Shown here in pieces: positions 20,433-29,426 of a stretch of 64,000 nucleotides of DNA. The notes beneath the pieces are model-generated. The model saw nothing but the letters and a program-made list of their open reading frames with translations. It ran no database searches and had not been told where the DNA came from. Source of the DNA: Bacteroidota bacterium. GTDB taxonomy: Bacteria; Bacteroidota; Bacteroidia; Cytophagales; Spirosomataceae. Made by a program: the position numbers and the translations under genes. Position 1 is the first letter of the stretch, and every line of letters begins with the position of its first letter. The DNA lies in contig JBEBDF010000002.1 in assembly GCA_041157105.1 (NCBI GenBank), positions 2,494 through 66,493 of the forward strand, read 5' to 3'.

Positions 20433-21533
20433 ATGAAAAATATTTTATTAGCACTCCTGTGTGTAGGAGTATGTATGTCTAGTTCTTTCGGTCAAGGTTG
20501 TGTAGCGGTTCGTCATATGAGCTGCTCCGTGGGTACGGGTTCAAGCACGAACTCGATGATGCACCCGGGACAATGGCAAGTTTCAGTGGGTTTTAGAAAC
20601 CTTCACTCGTATAAGCACTTTGTGGGTGCAGATTACCAACCTGCACGTGAGGCTGCGGGGACCAATGTGATTAATGATCAGCAAGCCTTCGATCTTGGGG
20701 TTATTTATTCTGTAACGGATCGTTTATCTGTGGCATTTAATTTACCTTTTAGTTTTAATTACCGTACTTCTTTGTATGAGCATTATGGAAATGCATTAGC
20801 AGGGAACCCAGCTCAAAAGCGTTTTGGGACGATGGCCAATGGTATTGGAGATGCACGTTTGACGGCTTCCTATTGGTTATTAGATCCTTTGAAGCATATG
20901 AAAGGGAATTTATCAGTGGGCTTAGGCGTGAAATTACCTACGGGTGATTGGAATGTTCAAGGTCAATTTCATAGAAGAGCGACAGATGGATCTGATTATA
21001 CCATCACTAAAGCCGTGGATCAATCGATTCAATTAGGTGATGGTGGAGTAGGAATTAACTTGGAGATTCAAGGTTATCAGCAATTGTTCAGCCGTACATC
21101 TTTATACTACAATGGATTCTACATGTCCAATCCGAAAAATGTCAATAGCGCTGCCAACGTAGCACCCGATAAAGTGGTTACGGACGAAATGGTGCGCTAC
21201 ATGTCTGTAGCGGATCAGTATGCGGGTCGTGTAGGCTTAAATTATGCCTTAGCTCCTAAAGCAGGAATCGGAGCTACTCTTGGAGCTCGAATTGAGGGAA
21301 TTCCAGCTTATGATTTGATAGGAGGTTCTGATGGATTCCGTCGTCCAGGTTATGTTTTCTCTATTGAACCGGGTATTAGTTATTCAACAGCAAAGAATAC
21401 CTTATTCGTTTCTTTACCAATTGCAACACAGCGTAACCGTATCAAAAGCGCAAGTGATTGGGTGAATAATAAACACGGAGATGCAGCTTTTGCCGACTAC
21501 ATCATTACAGCCACGGTTACCCATCGTTTTTAA
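20433..21533 (+). CDS. Putative outer-membrane beta-barrel (transporter/MetA-pathway-like family)
   Basis: Signal peptide then QGCVAVRHMSC; GIGDARL, GVKLPTG, QLGDG; C-terminal Phe (THRF). Confidence 0.7.
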   Translation: MKNILLALLCVGVCMSSSFGQGCVAVRHMSCSVGTGSSTNSMMHPGQWQVSVGFRNLHSYKHFVGADYQPAREAAGTNVINDQQAFDLGVIYSVTDRLSVAFNLPFSFNYRTSLYEHYGNALAGNPAQKRFGTMANGIGDARLTASYWLLDPLKHMKGNLSVGLGVKLPTGDWNVQGQFHRRATDGSDYTITKAVDQSIQLGDGGVGINLEIQGYQQLFSRTSLYYNGFYMSNPKNVNSAANVAPDKVVTDEMVRYMSVADQYAGRVGLNYALAPKAGIGATLGARIEGIPAYDLIGGSDGFRRPGYVFSIEPGISYSTAKNTLFVSLPIATQRNRIKSASDWVNNKHGDAAFADYIITATVTHRF

Positions 21534-21545
21534 TTTACTAGAAAG

Positions 21546-21971
21546 GTGGTAACTATTAGCAAAACACGCTTGCATGCCTTAGAATCGGCTGCTCGGATGA
21601 ATCGAGCGATGATCGCTTTGGTTTATATTTGGTTTGGACTTTTGAAAGCGCTAGGTACTTCTCCTGCAGAGGGATTGGTGACTAAGCTTTTCAATCTAAC
21701 GTTAGAGTCCTATATGGGAATCCAAACGTTTCTAGTGATGTTAGGAATAGGGGAGTGTGTTATTGGTTTTTTGTGGTTATTCCCGCGCTTGACAAAGGTG
21801 GCTTTTTGGGTGATGATAGCGCATATGTTTACGACATTTTTGCCTGTCATTTTCTTGCCAAAAGAAACCTGGCAATCCTTTTTAACCCTGACTTTGACAG
21901 GTCAATACATCATTAAGAATGTGGTCTTATTATCTGCCTCTTGGTTTATCTATGTGTTAACGAAGGAATAA
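21546..21971 (+). CDS. DoxX family membrane protein (YkgB/RclC-like)
   Basis: YIWFGLLK, SPAE, GIGECVIG, LTGQYIIKN. Confidence 0.8.
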   Translation: MVTISKTRLHALESAARMNRAMIALVYIWFGLLKALGTSPAEGLVTKLFNLTLESYMGIQTFLVMLGIGECVIGFLWLFPRLTKVAFWVMIAHMFTTFLPVIFLPKETWQSFLTLTLTGQYIIKNVVLLSASWFIYVLTKE

Positions 21972-22002
21972 AAAAAGCCCCTGTAAATTCAGGGGCTTTT
22001 TT
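21971..22002. terminator. Bidirectional intrinsic terminator
   Basis: AAAAAAGCCCCTG-TAAATT-CAGGGGCTTTTTT between convergent genes. Confidence 0.9.
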
Positions 22003-22005
22003 ATA

Positions 22006-23058
22006 TTACAGACCTAAGATCTTCTTATTGAATTCTTCGTCTGCTCCGGTTCCAGCGAAATCATCGAATACCTTTTCAGTTGCTTTGATGATGTGGCTAG
22101 CAATGAACGGCGCACCTTCTGTTGCTCCCTGAACTGGATCTTTGATGCAGCATTCCCATTCTAAAACCGCCCATCCGTCGTATCCGTATTGGGTTAATTT
22201 AGAAAAGATGCTTTTGAAATCGACTTGTCCATCGCCTAAAGAGCGGAAACGACCGGCACGGTTAATCCACGATTGGTAGCCACCATAAACGCCTTGCTTT
22301 CCTGTAGGATTGAATTCAGCGTCTTTTACGTGGAACATTTTGATGCGCTCGTGGTAGAAGTCGATGTATTGTTTGTAGTCCAAAGCCTGTAACACAAAGT
22401 GCGATGGATCATACAATAGATTTGCGCGCTTGTGGCCTTTTACTTCGTCTAAGAACATTTCGAACGTAACCCCATCGTGCAAATCTTCCCCTGGGTGAAT
22501 CTCATAGCATACATCTATGCCACACTCGTCGAAGGTATTCAAAATTGGTAACCAACGGCGACCTAATTCCTTGAATCCTTGCTCGACTAATCCAGCTGGA
22601 CGTTGTGGCCATGGATAAACCGTATGCCACATCAAGGCACCAGAAAAAGTTGCGTGCGCGTTTAAGCCTAAGTTTTGAGAGGCTTTCGCCGCGTATTTTA
22701 ATTGTTGGATCGCCCATTCGGTACGCGCCTTTGGATTTCCTTTTACGGAATCTGGAGCAAATGCATCGAATCCTAGGTCATAAGCCGGGTTAACCGCGAC
22801 TAATTGACCTTGAAGGTGGGTTGATAATTCAGTGATTTGTAAGCCTTTGGCAGCTAACATCCCTACGATTTCATCACAATAAGTCTTCGACTCTGCGGCT
22901 TTTTGTAGGTCGATGCAACGTGAATCCCAAGAAGGAATCTGCACACCTTTGTAACCTAAAGAAGCTACCCAAGTGGTGATGCTGTCTAAGGAATTGAATG
23001 GGGCTTCATCGCCCATAAATTGAGCTAAAAATATCGCTGGTCCTTTGATCGTTTTCAT
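22006..23058 (-). CDS. Sugar phosphate isomerase/epimerase family TIM barrel (IolE/AP endonuclease 2-like)
   Basis: YEIHP, YDPSH, FHVKDAE, LEWE metal ligands. Confidence 0.88.
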   Translation of the reverse strand: MKTIKGPAIFLAQFMGDEAPFNSLDSITTWVASLGYKGVQIPSWDSRCIDLQKAAESKTYCDEIVGMLAAKGLQITELSTHLQGQLVAVNPAYDLGFDAFAPDSVKGNPKARTEWAIQQLKYAAKASQNLGLNAHATFSGALMWHTVYPWPQRPAGLVEQGFKELGRRWLPILNTFDECGIDVCYEIHPGEDLHDGVTFEMFLDEVKGHKRANLLYDPSHFVLQALDYKQYIDFYHERIKMFHVKDAEFNPTGKQGVYGGYQSWINRAGRFRSLGDGQVDFKSIFSKLTQYGYDGWAVLEWECCIKDPVQGATEGAPFIASHIIKATEKVFDDFAGTGADEEFNKKILGL

Positions 23059-23071
23059 ATTTAATTGAGGT

Positions 23072-24217
23072 TTAGATTTTTACCCATTTTTGTGAACGCG
23101 TAGAATCTAAAATGCGCTCGCAAATTAATAATTCACGGTATCCGTCTGCAAAAGTGGGGTATTTCGGGTTTTCAGGTTGCTTACCAGCTTCTACGGCTGC
23201 GTACACTTCCTTGAATAATTGTTTCGATGTATCTGAGAATCCTTCGTTGTGACCTCCTGGGAAGGTCATTAACGCGGTTGCTTCTGGGTAAGCTAAAGAA
23301 GGATCGCGCATCAACACTTGGTTTGCTTGATCACGGTTACCGATCCACATTTCGTTAGGGGACTCTGAGTTAAAGGCAAAAGTCTTGTTCGAACCTGAAA
23401 TCTCTAATTTCAATTGGTTCTTACGACCCGCTGAAACCTGTGATACGGTCACGCAACCGCGGTTTCCATTATCAAAACGTAACAAAACGTTCGCATGGTC
23501 TTCCGTGTTGATTGGCACATCCGCGTAATCTTCTGGCTTTAACATTTTGCCTGAATACGTCTCTACTGGCTTCAATGGCTTCTTACGTACCTTGTGAACC
23601 GTGTTGAAATCAGCCATCACTTCGACTGTTTTCAAGCCTGTGATGTATTCGATGACGTCTAATAAGTGAGATCCGATATCAGCGATAGCGCGGGAATCAC
23701 CTGATTTGTCCGGTTCTAAACGCCAGTTATAATCAGTATTGTAGAATAACCAATCTTGTAAATAGCTACCGATGATGGAATAGATTTCTCCTAAATCACC
23801 TTTCTCGCGCATCGTCTTCATTTGACGCACTAAAGGATAGTAGCGTAAGTTAAAGTGAACCGCGTTCACTAAACCTGTCTTAGCGGCTAATTCGACTAAT
23901 TCCTCTGCCTCGTGTAAATCTTTTGCCAAAGGCTTTTCGCACACCACATGTTTACCCGCTAATAAGGCCGCCTTGGACTGTGAGTAGTGAAGAAAGTTAG
24001 GTGTGCAAATGTGCACGCACTGAATATCTTCTTGCTTTAATAGATCTTCAAAGGTATACCAGCGACTAATTCCTAATTCCTTTGCTTTCGCCTCAGCTAG
24101 TTCAATTGTCACTTCGCAAAGCGCAGCAACATCAATATTAGGTAAACGGCGCAATGCCTCGATATGAGCGGGTCCGATAAAACCGGTTCCAACGATTCCA
24201 ACTTTGATTTTAGTCAT
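23072..24217 (-). CDS. Gfo/Idh/MocA family oxidoreductase
   Basis: GTGFIG, CTPN, CEKP, DIGSH. Confidence 0.92.
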   Translation of the reverse strand: MTKIKVGIVGTGFIGPAHIEALRRLPNIDVAALCEVTIELAEAKAKELGISRWYTFEDLLKQEDIQCVHICTPNFLHYSQSKAALLAGKHVVCEKPLAKDLHEAEELVELAAKTGLVNAVHFNLRYYPLVRQMKTMREKGDLGEIYSIIGSYLQDWLFYNTDYNWRLEPDKSGDSRAIADIGSHLLDVIEYITGLKTVEVMADFNTVHKVRKKPLKPVETYSGKMLKPEDYADVPINTEDHANVLLRFDNGNRGCVTVSQVSAGRKNQLKLEISGSNKTFAFNSESPNEMWIGNRDQANQVLMRDPSLAYPEATALMTFPGGHNEGFSDTSKQLFKEVYAAVEAGKQPENPKYPTFADGYRELLICERILDSTRSQKWVKI

Positions 24218-24223
24218 GGTTTA

Positions 24224-25420
24224 TTATAGTTCAAATTTTGTCCACTTATTCGTATTGTCTTGGGCTGATCTCACCACATTTTCGATAAATGCCATGCCCA
24301 TAATTCCTTCGTCGATTCCTGGGAAATCATATAAAGGATCTTGCGCCTTGCCTTCCCATTTGGCTCTTAAGGCAAAAGCAAAATTGCGGTAGATATTTGC
24401 AAAAGTCTCCACATAGCCCTCTGGGTGACCCGCTGGCTGCCGTGTATGCGCATTGGCTGCCGGAGATAGCTGGCCTACGGCCGTACGAATAATCCGCGCT
24501 CCGTTGTCGCGCGTCCTAAACACCATCGTATTCGGCTCCATTTGGTGCCATGTGATTCCCGCCTTACTTCCATAGATACGGAAGTTGAAGTCGTTCTCTT
24601 CACCGTTACAGATTTGGGAGCAATGTAAAATACCTTTGGCCCCATTATTATAATGGATTAAGATATTGCCGTCGTCATCTAATTGACGACCCTCCACGAA
24701 GATCGTAAGATCAGCGCAAAGCTCATTAATATGTAATCCAGTAATGTATTCGATTAAATTTTCGCAGTGCGTTCCGATATCGCCGATGGCACCTGCAGCT
24801 CCACAACGCGCTGGATCAGTTCTCCAAGCCGCTTGTTTTTGTCCAGTAGCTTCCACTAAGTCGATTAACCAACCTTGTGGGTATTCCACGATGATCTTGC
24901 GAATATCACCTAATTGACCTGAGTCTACTAAGTGCTTCGCCTCTTTAACCATTGGATAAGCCGTATAATTATGGGTTAAAGCGAAAATCAACCCAGATTT
25001 ATCGATGATTTTCTTTAGTTCTTTTGCCTCAGCGAGATTTAAAGTCGCTGGTTTGTCACAAACCACGTGGAATCCATTTTCTAGGGCCATTTTAGCCGCT
25101 GGGAAGTGCACGTGATTGGGAGTAACGATAGAAACGAAGTCCATTCGTTCGCCTTCAGGTAATTCTTTTTCCTTTAAGATCATCTCCTCGTACGAACCGT
25201 AAACGCGGTTTTCTGGAAGATAAAGAGCTTCACCTGTGGCTTTTGATTTTTCTGCGCTAGAACTAAAAGCGCCGCAAACTAATTCGATTTCTCCGTCTAA
25301 TTGGGAACCGCGACGGTGAACTGCACCGATAAAAGCCTCTTGACTTCCACCGATCATTCCCATTCTGATTTTCCTACTTTGGCGTGATTTTGCCTGTGTA
25401 GCAGAACCTCCTTGGATCAT
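24224..25420 (-). CDS. Gfo/Idh/MocA family oxidoreductase
   Basis: GMIGG, VTPNHVH, CDKP, DIGTH, PAGHPEGY. ATG 25420 chosen because it lies downstream of the minus-strand TATTTTTG box at 25446-25453. Confidence 0.9.
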   Translation of the reverse strand: MIQGGSATQAKSRQSRKIRMGMIGGSQEAFIGAVHRRGSQLDGEIELVCGAFSSSAEKSKATGEALYLPENRVYGSYEEMILKEKELPEGERMDFVSIVTPNHVHFPAAKMALENGFHVVCDKPATLNLAEAKELKKIIDKSGLIFALTHNYTAYPMVKEAKHLVDSGQLGDIRKIIVEYPQGWLIDLVEATGQKQAAWRTDPARCGAAGAIGDIGTHCENLIEYITGLHINELCADLTIFVEGRQLDDDGNILIHYNNGAKGILHCSQICNGEENDFNFRIYGSKAGITWHQMEPNTMVFRTRDNGARIIRTAVGQLSPAANAHTRQPAGHPEGYVETFANIYRNFAFALRAKWEGKAQDPLYDFPGIDEGIMGMAFIENVVRSAQDNTNKWTKFEL

Positions 25421-25634
25421 AAGTATTATAGATTTAGATAGGTTACAAAAATAGAGCAAAATTTGGTTTTCTTGCCTTTAAATCCCTCTTTTTTTGACAT
25501 AATTATAAAAATAAATGCCCCTAGATATCATTATCCGAAAAACTTTTTGTTTTTTTGTTACGATTTTTCCAATGAAGAATTTAATTTTTTAAAGAATAAC
25601 CAAAATAATTAATTAATCTAAACCTCAAACAATT

Positions 25635-26843
25635 ATGAATCAAACTGTTAATGCCAATCGTTTATTTTTGGCGTCCTGTTTTGCCCTCATCACCACGGCC
25701 TTTTCTTTTAGTATTCGGGCAGGTATTTTACCTCAGTTAGGAGCGGAATTATCTTTAACTAACGAGCAATTAGGTTATATCAACCAAATGTGGTTTCTAG
25801 GTTTCCCTATTTCCATGATTTTAGGAGGAGTATTTTATACGTCAGTTGGACCAAAATTGATCATGCAAATTGCCTTAGTAGCACACGCTGCAGGTATTTT
25901 ATTGACTATTTATGCGGTGGACTACAATACATTGTTGATTTCTACTCTTTTAATTGGATTAGGAAACGGTTGTACGGAAGCTGCATGTAATCCAATGATT
26001 GCTGATGCCTACACAGGAAACGAGATGAGTAGTAAGCTGAATCGTTTTCATATGTGGTTCCCAGGTGGAATTGTGGTAGGTTCTTTAATCTCAAAGTTCA
26101 TGACGGATGCAGGAATGGCATGGCAAACACAAGTTTGGGTTATTATTTTACCGACAGTCATTTATGCTATCTTGTTCTCCGGCCAAGCTTTCCCTAAACC
26201 TAAGGTGGATGCGAGTTCGACTATGGATAGCTTTAAGGCTATGCTAAATCCATTGTATTTATTTATGGCGGCTTGTATGGCTTTAACAGCTATCTCAGAA
26301 TTTGGCCCTCAGCAATGGGTAGGTCCTATTTTAGCGAAAGCAGGTGCTAGCCCCATGTTAATTTTAGCCTTGGTGACTGGATTGATGGCTGTGGGTCGTT
26401 ATTTTGCTGGTTCCATTATTGCTAAAATCAATACGGTGGGTGTGTTATTAGGCTCAGCCATTTTCGCATTGGCTGGTTTATATATGATGAGCACGATGTC
26501 AGGTTCTACCTTGTATTTTGCGGCCTTCATCTACGCGTTAGGTATTTGTTATTTCTGGCCAAACATGTTAGGTTATGTGGCTGAGGCTATGCCTAAAACG
26601 GGTGCCTTAGGTCTATCTATTATGGGTGGAATCGGTATGTTTTCGTCGTCTATGTTCCAGCCTATTATTGGTGGATGGATTGATAAAAACAAAGCAGTTG
26701 CGGTAGGTCAAGGTTTGGTAGGCGACGTGGCTGATTTAGCTGCAGGGCAGGCAACCTTATCTAATATGTTATTATTCCCTGGAATATTAATTGTGGCTTT
26801 TGCTGGACTTTATTTCTTCGGAAAGAAAACATCAAACGCATAG
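25635..26843 (+). CDS. MFS transporter (probable sugar)
   Basis: About 12 hydrophobic segments, GNGCTEAACNP, LNRFHMWFPGG; divergent from the sugar oxidoreductase operon. Confidence 0.88.
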   Translation: MNQTVNANRLFLASCFALITTAFSFSIRAGILPQLGAELSLTNEQLGYINQMWFLGFPISMILGGVFYTSVGPKLIMQIALVAHAAGILLTIYAVDYNTLLISTLLIGLGNGCTEAACNPMIADAYTGNEMSSKLNRFHMWFPGGIVVGSLISKFMTDAGMAWQTQVWVIILPTVIYAILFSGQAFPKPKVDASSTMDSFKAMLNPLYLFMAACMALTAISEFGPQQWVGPILAKAGASPMLILALVTGLMAVGRYFAGSIIAKINTVGVLLGSAIFALAGLYMMSTMSGSTLYFAAFIYALGICYFWPNMLGYVAEAMPKTGALGLSIMGGIGMFSSSMFQPIIGGWIDKNKAVAVGQGLVGDVADLAAGQATLSNMLLFPGILIVAFAGLYFFGKKTSNA

Positions 26844-26863
26844 TCTAGAATTTTATTTAATTT

Positions 26864-26890
26864 AGGGGGCTCGAAAGGCCCCCTTTTTTT
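26864..26890 (+). terminator. Intrinsic terminator
   Basis: AGGGGGC...GCCCCCT stem followed by a T-tract. Confidence 0.85.
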
Positions 26891-27469
26891 ATGCGTTATC
26901 TTTTATTTCTACCCTTTTTGTTTCTTTCTTGCAAGCCAAATTGGCGACTCGACCCTACGCGTATAAAAGAGGAATTGCAGGTAAAGGCAGCAGAAAATAC
27001 CGAGCGCCACATCAAAGTAGAAACTCGTTTGGGAGACTTTGAGCTTGAATTAGATGATCGAACGCCTTTGCATACAGTGAATTTTATCCGTTTAGTAAAA
27101 ATGGGTTATTTCGAAGATCGCTACTTCTACCGCAATGTCTATGAGATTGGTATTCAAGGTGGGGGAGAGTATTTTGATCGCCTGAATTACTTAGTGCCTG
27201 CGGAGTATCGAGAAGAGTTGCGGCCAGTTCGTGGAACCATAGCTATGGCGCGTTATGACGAAGGGAATCCTTTGCAGTCCTCATCGCCTACAGAATTTTT
27301 TATCGTAACCGATACAGAACAAGCAGCTCGTTTTTACCGCAAATACGTGGTTTTTGGTAAAGTGACCAAAGGAATGGCGGTTGTGGATTCCATCAAAAAA
27401 GAGCGTTCCTTTGACGAGAAACCCGTTATTCCGGTGAAGTTTTCGATGTCTGTTTTGGACCAGAAATAA
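26891..27469 (+). CDS. Cyclophilin-type peptidylprolyl isomerase-like lipoprotein
   Basis: Lipobox FLSC, TPLHTVNF, IQGG, GTIAMAR, VFGKVTKGMAVVDSI. Confidence 0.85.
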   Translation: MRYLLFLPFLFLSCKPNWRLDPTRIKEELQVKAAENTERHIKVETRLGDFELELDDRTPLHTVNFIRLVKMGYFEDRYFYRNVYEIGIQGGGEYFDRLNYLVPAEYREELRPVRGTIAMARYDEGNPLQSSSPTEFFIVTDTEQAARFYRKYVVFGKVTKGMAVVDSIKKERSFDEKPVIPVKFSMSVLDQK

Positions 27470-29087
27470 GACTTAAAATCAGGGCGATCGCCATCACTAA
27501 TAGGCAGCCTAATACGTTAAGCCAAAGAAAGGCCATCCATTCCACTTTCCAAGCATAAATTACAAAGGCTTCAGCAATTAATGCAGCGATGAAAACCTGC
27601 GTCCCCGTCGTTCTAGGTAAATAAAAGGCACATAAGAATATGCCAAGGATAGTTCCGTAGAACCAAGAACCCAAAATATTCACCACCTCAATTAAGCTAC
27701 CCATGTTTACCGCAAACTGAGCTACTACTAAACATAGGACTCCCCATCCTAATGTGATTAGTTTAGAGATCCACCAATAATGTTGATTTCCTCGGTCAGG
27801 AGCGATAAATCGTTCATAAATATCGACCATCGAAGTGGAAGTCAAGGATCCAAAAGCCGAGGCCATCGAACCCATCGACGACAATAGGATCATCGCAATC
27901 AAGAATCCGATAAATCCAATGGGAAGGTTGTCGATTATGTAGCGGAGAAAGATATAATTAGTATCCTGGGCGTCGTCGTTTGGCTGTGCCGTTTTTAATA
28001 ATTCGATGGCTTTTTCTTGATTTTTGCCCGCCTTCGTATTTAGTTCATTTAGGCGATTATAATCCTTCTGTAAGATCGCCTCTTTTTTTGCGGTAAAAAT
28101 GGCCGCCTTCTCTTTCTCAATAGCCTCGTGGCCTGGAACGGAGCGATAGACTACCTCGGTGTTCTTATTAAAAAAGGTAGGAGGAGCATTAAATTGATAA
28201 TAAGTGAAAACTAATATCCCGACTAGCAAGATAAAGAACTGCATCGGAATCTTCAGAAAGCCATTCATAAGTAAGCCTTTCTTAATTTCTGAGGCTGAAA
28301 CTCCAGAAAGGTATCGGCCTACTTGGCTTTGATCTGTTCCGAAATAAGACAATTGCAAAAAGAATCCACCGATGATCCCAGACCAGATATTGTAGCGATT
28401 GTTTAAATCAAATTTCCAGTCGATGAGATTCACTTTGCCCATTTTACCTGCGATTTGGAGGGATTCTTTAACTCCTATTTCTTCAGGCAGTTGTGAAACA
28501 ACATAAAATCCGACAAAAACCATTCCGGTTAATACCACAGCCATCTGCAACATTTGGGTATAAGAGATGGCCTTAGAGCCACCCAGCATGCAATAAGTGG
28601 TTACAATAGCTGCTGTCAACGCATTTGTCCAAGCCAAGTCCCAGCCTAATAAGGTGGATAAAATAATGGATGGTGCGGCGATAGTGACCCCAGTGGATAA
28701 GGCACGCGGAATTAAAAATAGGAGTGAGGTGAGCACTCGGGTTTTGGCATCAAATCGATTCTCTAAAAACTCGTACGCTGTATATACTTTTAAGGAGAAA
28801 TAATGCGGAATAAAAGTCATCGAAAGAACGATCATCGCAATAGGTAGGCCCAGGTAAAACTGAACAAATCGCATTCCATCGTGGTAGGCCTGGCCTGGAA
28901 CTGATAAAAAAGTGATTGCAGAGGCCTGAGTGGCCATCACGGATAATAAAATATGGTACCAAGGTAATTCGCGATCGGCTAAAAGAAATCCCTGCAAAGA
29001 ATGCTTCGTTTGATTGCCTTTCCAGCTTCCGTAAGCCACAATACCCCCAATTGTCACCAATAATACGATCCAGTCAATGGCTTGCAT
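27426..29087 (-). CDS. Sodium:solute symporter family protein
   Basis: SVMATQASAITF, TAYEFLENRF, GTDQSQVGRYL; many transmembrane segments. Confidence 0.92.
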   Translation of the reverse strand: MQAIDWIVLLVTIGGIVAYGSWKGNQTKHSLQGFLLADRELPWYHILLSVMATQASAITFLSVPGQAYHDGMRFVQFYLGLPIAMIVLSMTFIPHYFSLKVYTAYEFLENRFDAKTRVLTSLLFLIPRALSTGVTIAAPSIILSTLLGWDLAWTNALTAAIVTTYCMLGGSKAISYTQMLQMAVVLTGMVFVGFYVVSQLPEEIGVKESLQIAGKMGKVNLIDWKFDLNNRYNIWSGIIGGFFLQLSYFGTDQSQVGRYLSGVSASEIKKGLLMNGFLKIPMQFFILLVGILVFTYYQFNAPPTFFNKNTEVVYRSVPGHEAIEKEKAAIFTAKKEAILQKDYNRLNELNTKAGKNQEKAIELLKTAQPNDDAQDTNYIFLRYIIDNLPIGFIGFLIAMILLSSMGSMASAFGSLTSTSMVDIYERFIAPDRGNQHYWWISKLITLGWGVLCLVVAQFAVNMGSLIEVVNILGSWFYGTILGIFLCAFYLPRTTGTQVFIAALIAEAFVIYAWKVEWMAFLWLNVLGCLLVMAIALILSLISGPKQTSKTSPE

Positions 29088-29089
29088 AG

Positions 29090-29179
29090 CTACTTAAAGG
29101 TTTCGGTTAAGAAAATGAATGCCCCTATGACTCCTAAAAGGAAGATAAGTAGCGTAATATACCAGCGACTGAATTTCAT
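29090..29179 (-). CDS. Small single-TM protein (29 aa), putative symporter accessory subunit; absent from ORF track
   Basis: MKFSRWYITLLIFLLGVIGAFIFLTETFK. The stop is 2 nt before the symporter ATG, and a TAACTTTG promoter box lies at 29196-29203 on the minus strand. Confidence 0.75.
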   Translation of the reverse strand: MKFSRWYITLLIFLLGVIGAFIFLTETFK

Positions 29180-29227
29180 TGGATTTAATTTTGCCCAAAG
29201 TTAATCCAATATTTATATTTAAAAGCT

Positions 29228-29258
29228 TTTGAATTTTTAAATTTGCTGACTACCTTTG
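29228..29258 (+). promoter_or_regulatory. Bacteroidota -33/-7 promoter for tRNA-Leu/tig
   Basis: TTTG (29228-29231), 19-nt spacer, TACCTTTG (29251-29258). Confidence 0.8.
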
Positions 29259-29271
29259 CACTCCAAATTAC

Positions 29272-29356
29272 GCGGGTGTGGTGGAATTGGTAGACATACC
29301 AGACTTAGGATCTGGCGCCGCGAGGCATGGGGGTTCGAGTCCCTTCACCCGTACCA
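29272..29356 (+). tRNA. tRNA-Leu (anticodon TAG), CCA encoded
   Basis: GCGGGTG/CACCCGT acceptor stem, GGAATTGGTAGAC D-arm, CCAGA-CTTAGGA-TCTGG anticodon arm, long variable arm, GGTTCGAGTCC T-arm. Confidence 0.97.
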
Positions 29357-29361
29357 ATGGC

Positions 29362-29396
29362 AAGCCCTCAACACCAAAAAAGGTTTTGAGGGTTTT
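29362..29396 (+). terminator. Hairpin (terminator/processing site) between tRNA and tig
   Basis: AAGCCCTCAA...TTGAGGGTTTT. Confidence 0.6.
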
Positions 29397-29426
29397 ATTT
29401 TAAAAGCTAATTATAAATAATCACAA

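Noticed and set aside
29272-29426. tRNA-Leu as an integration site for an island
   Set aside because: It is followed directly by tig-clpP-clpX, with no integrase and no duplicated tRNA 3' end seen.
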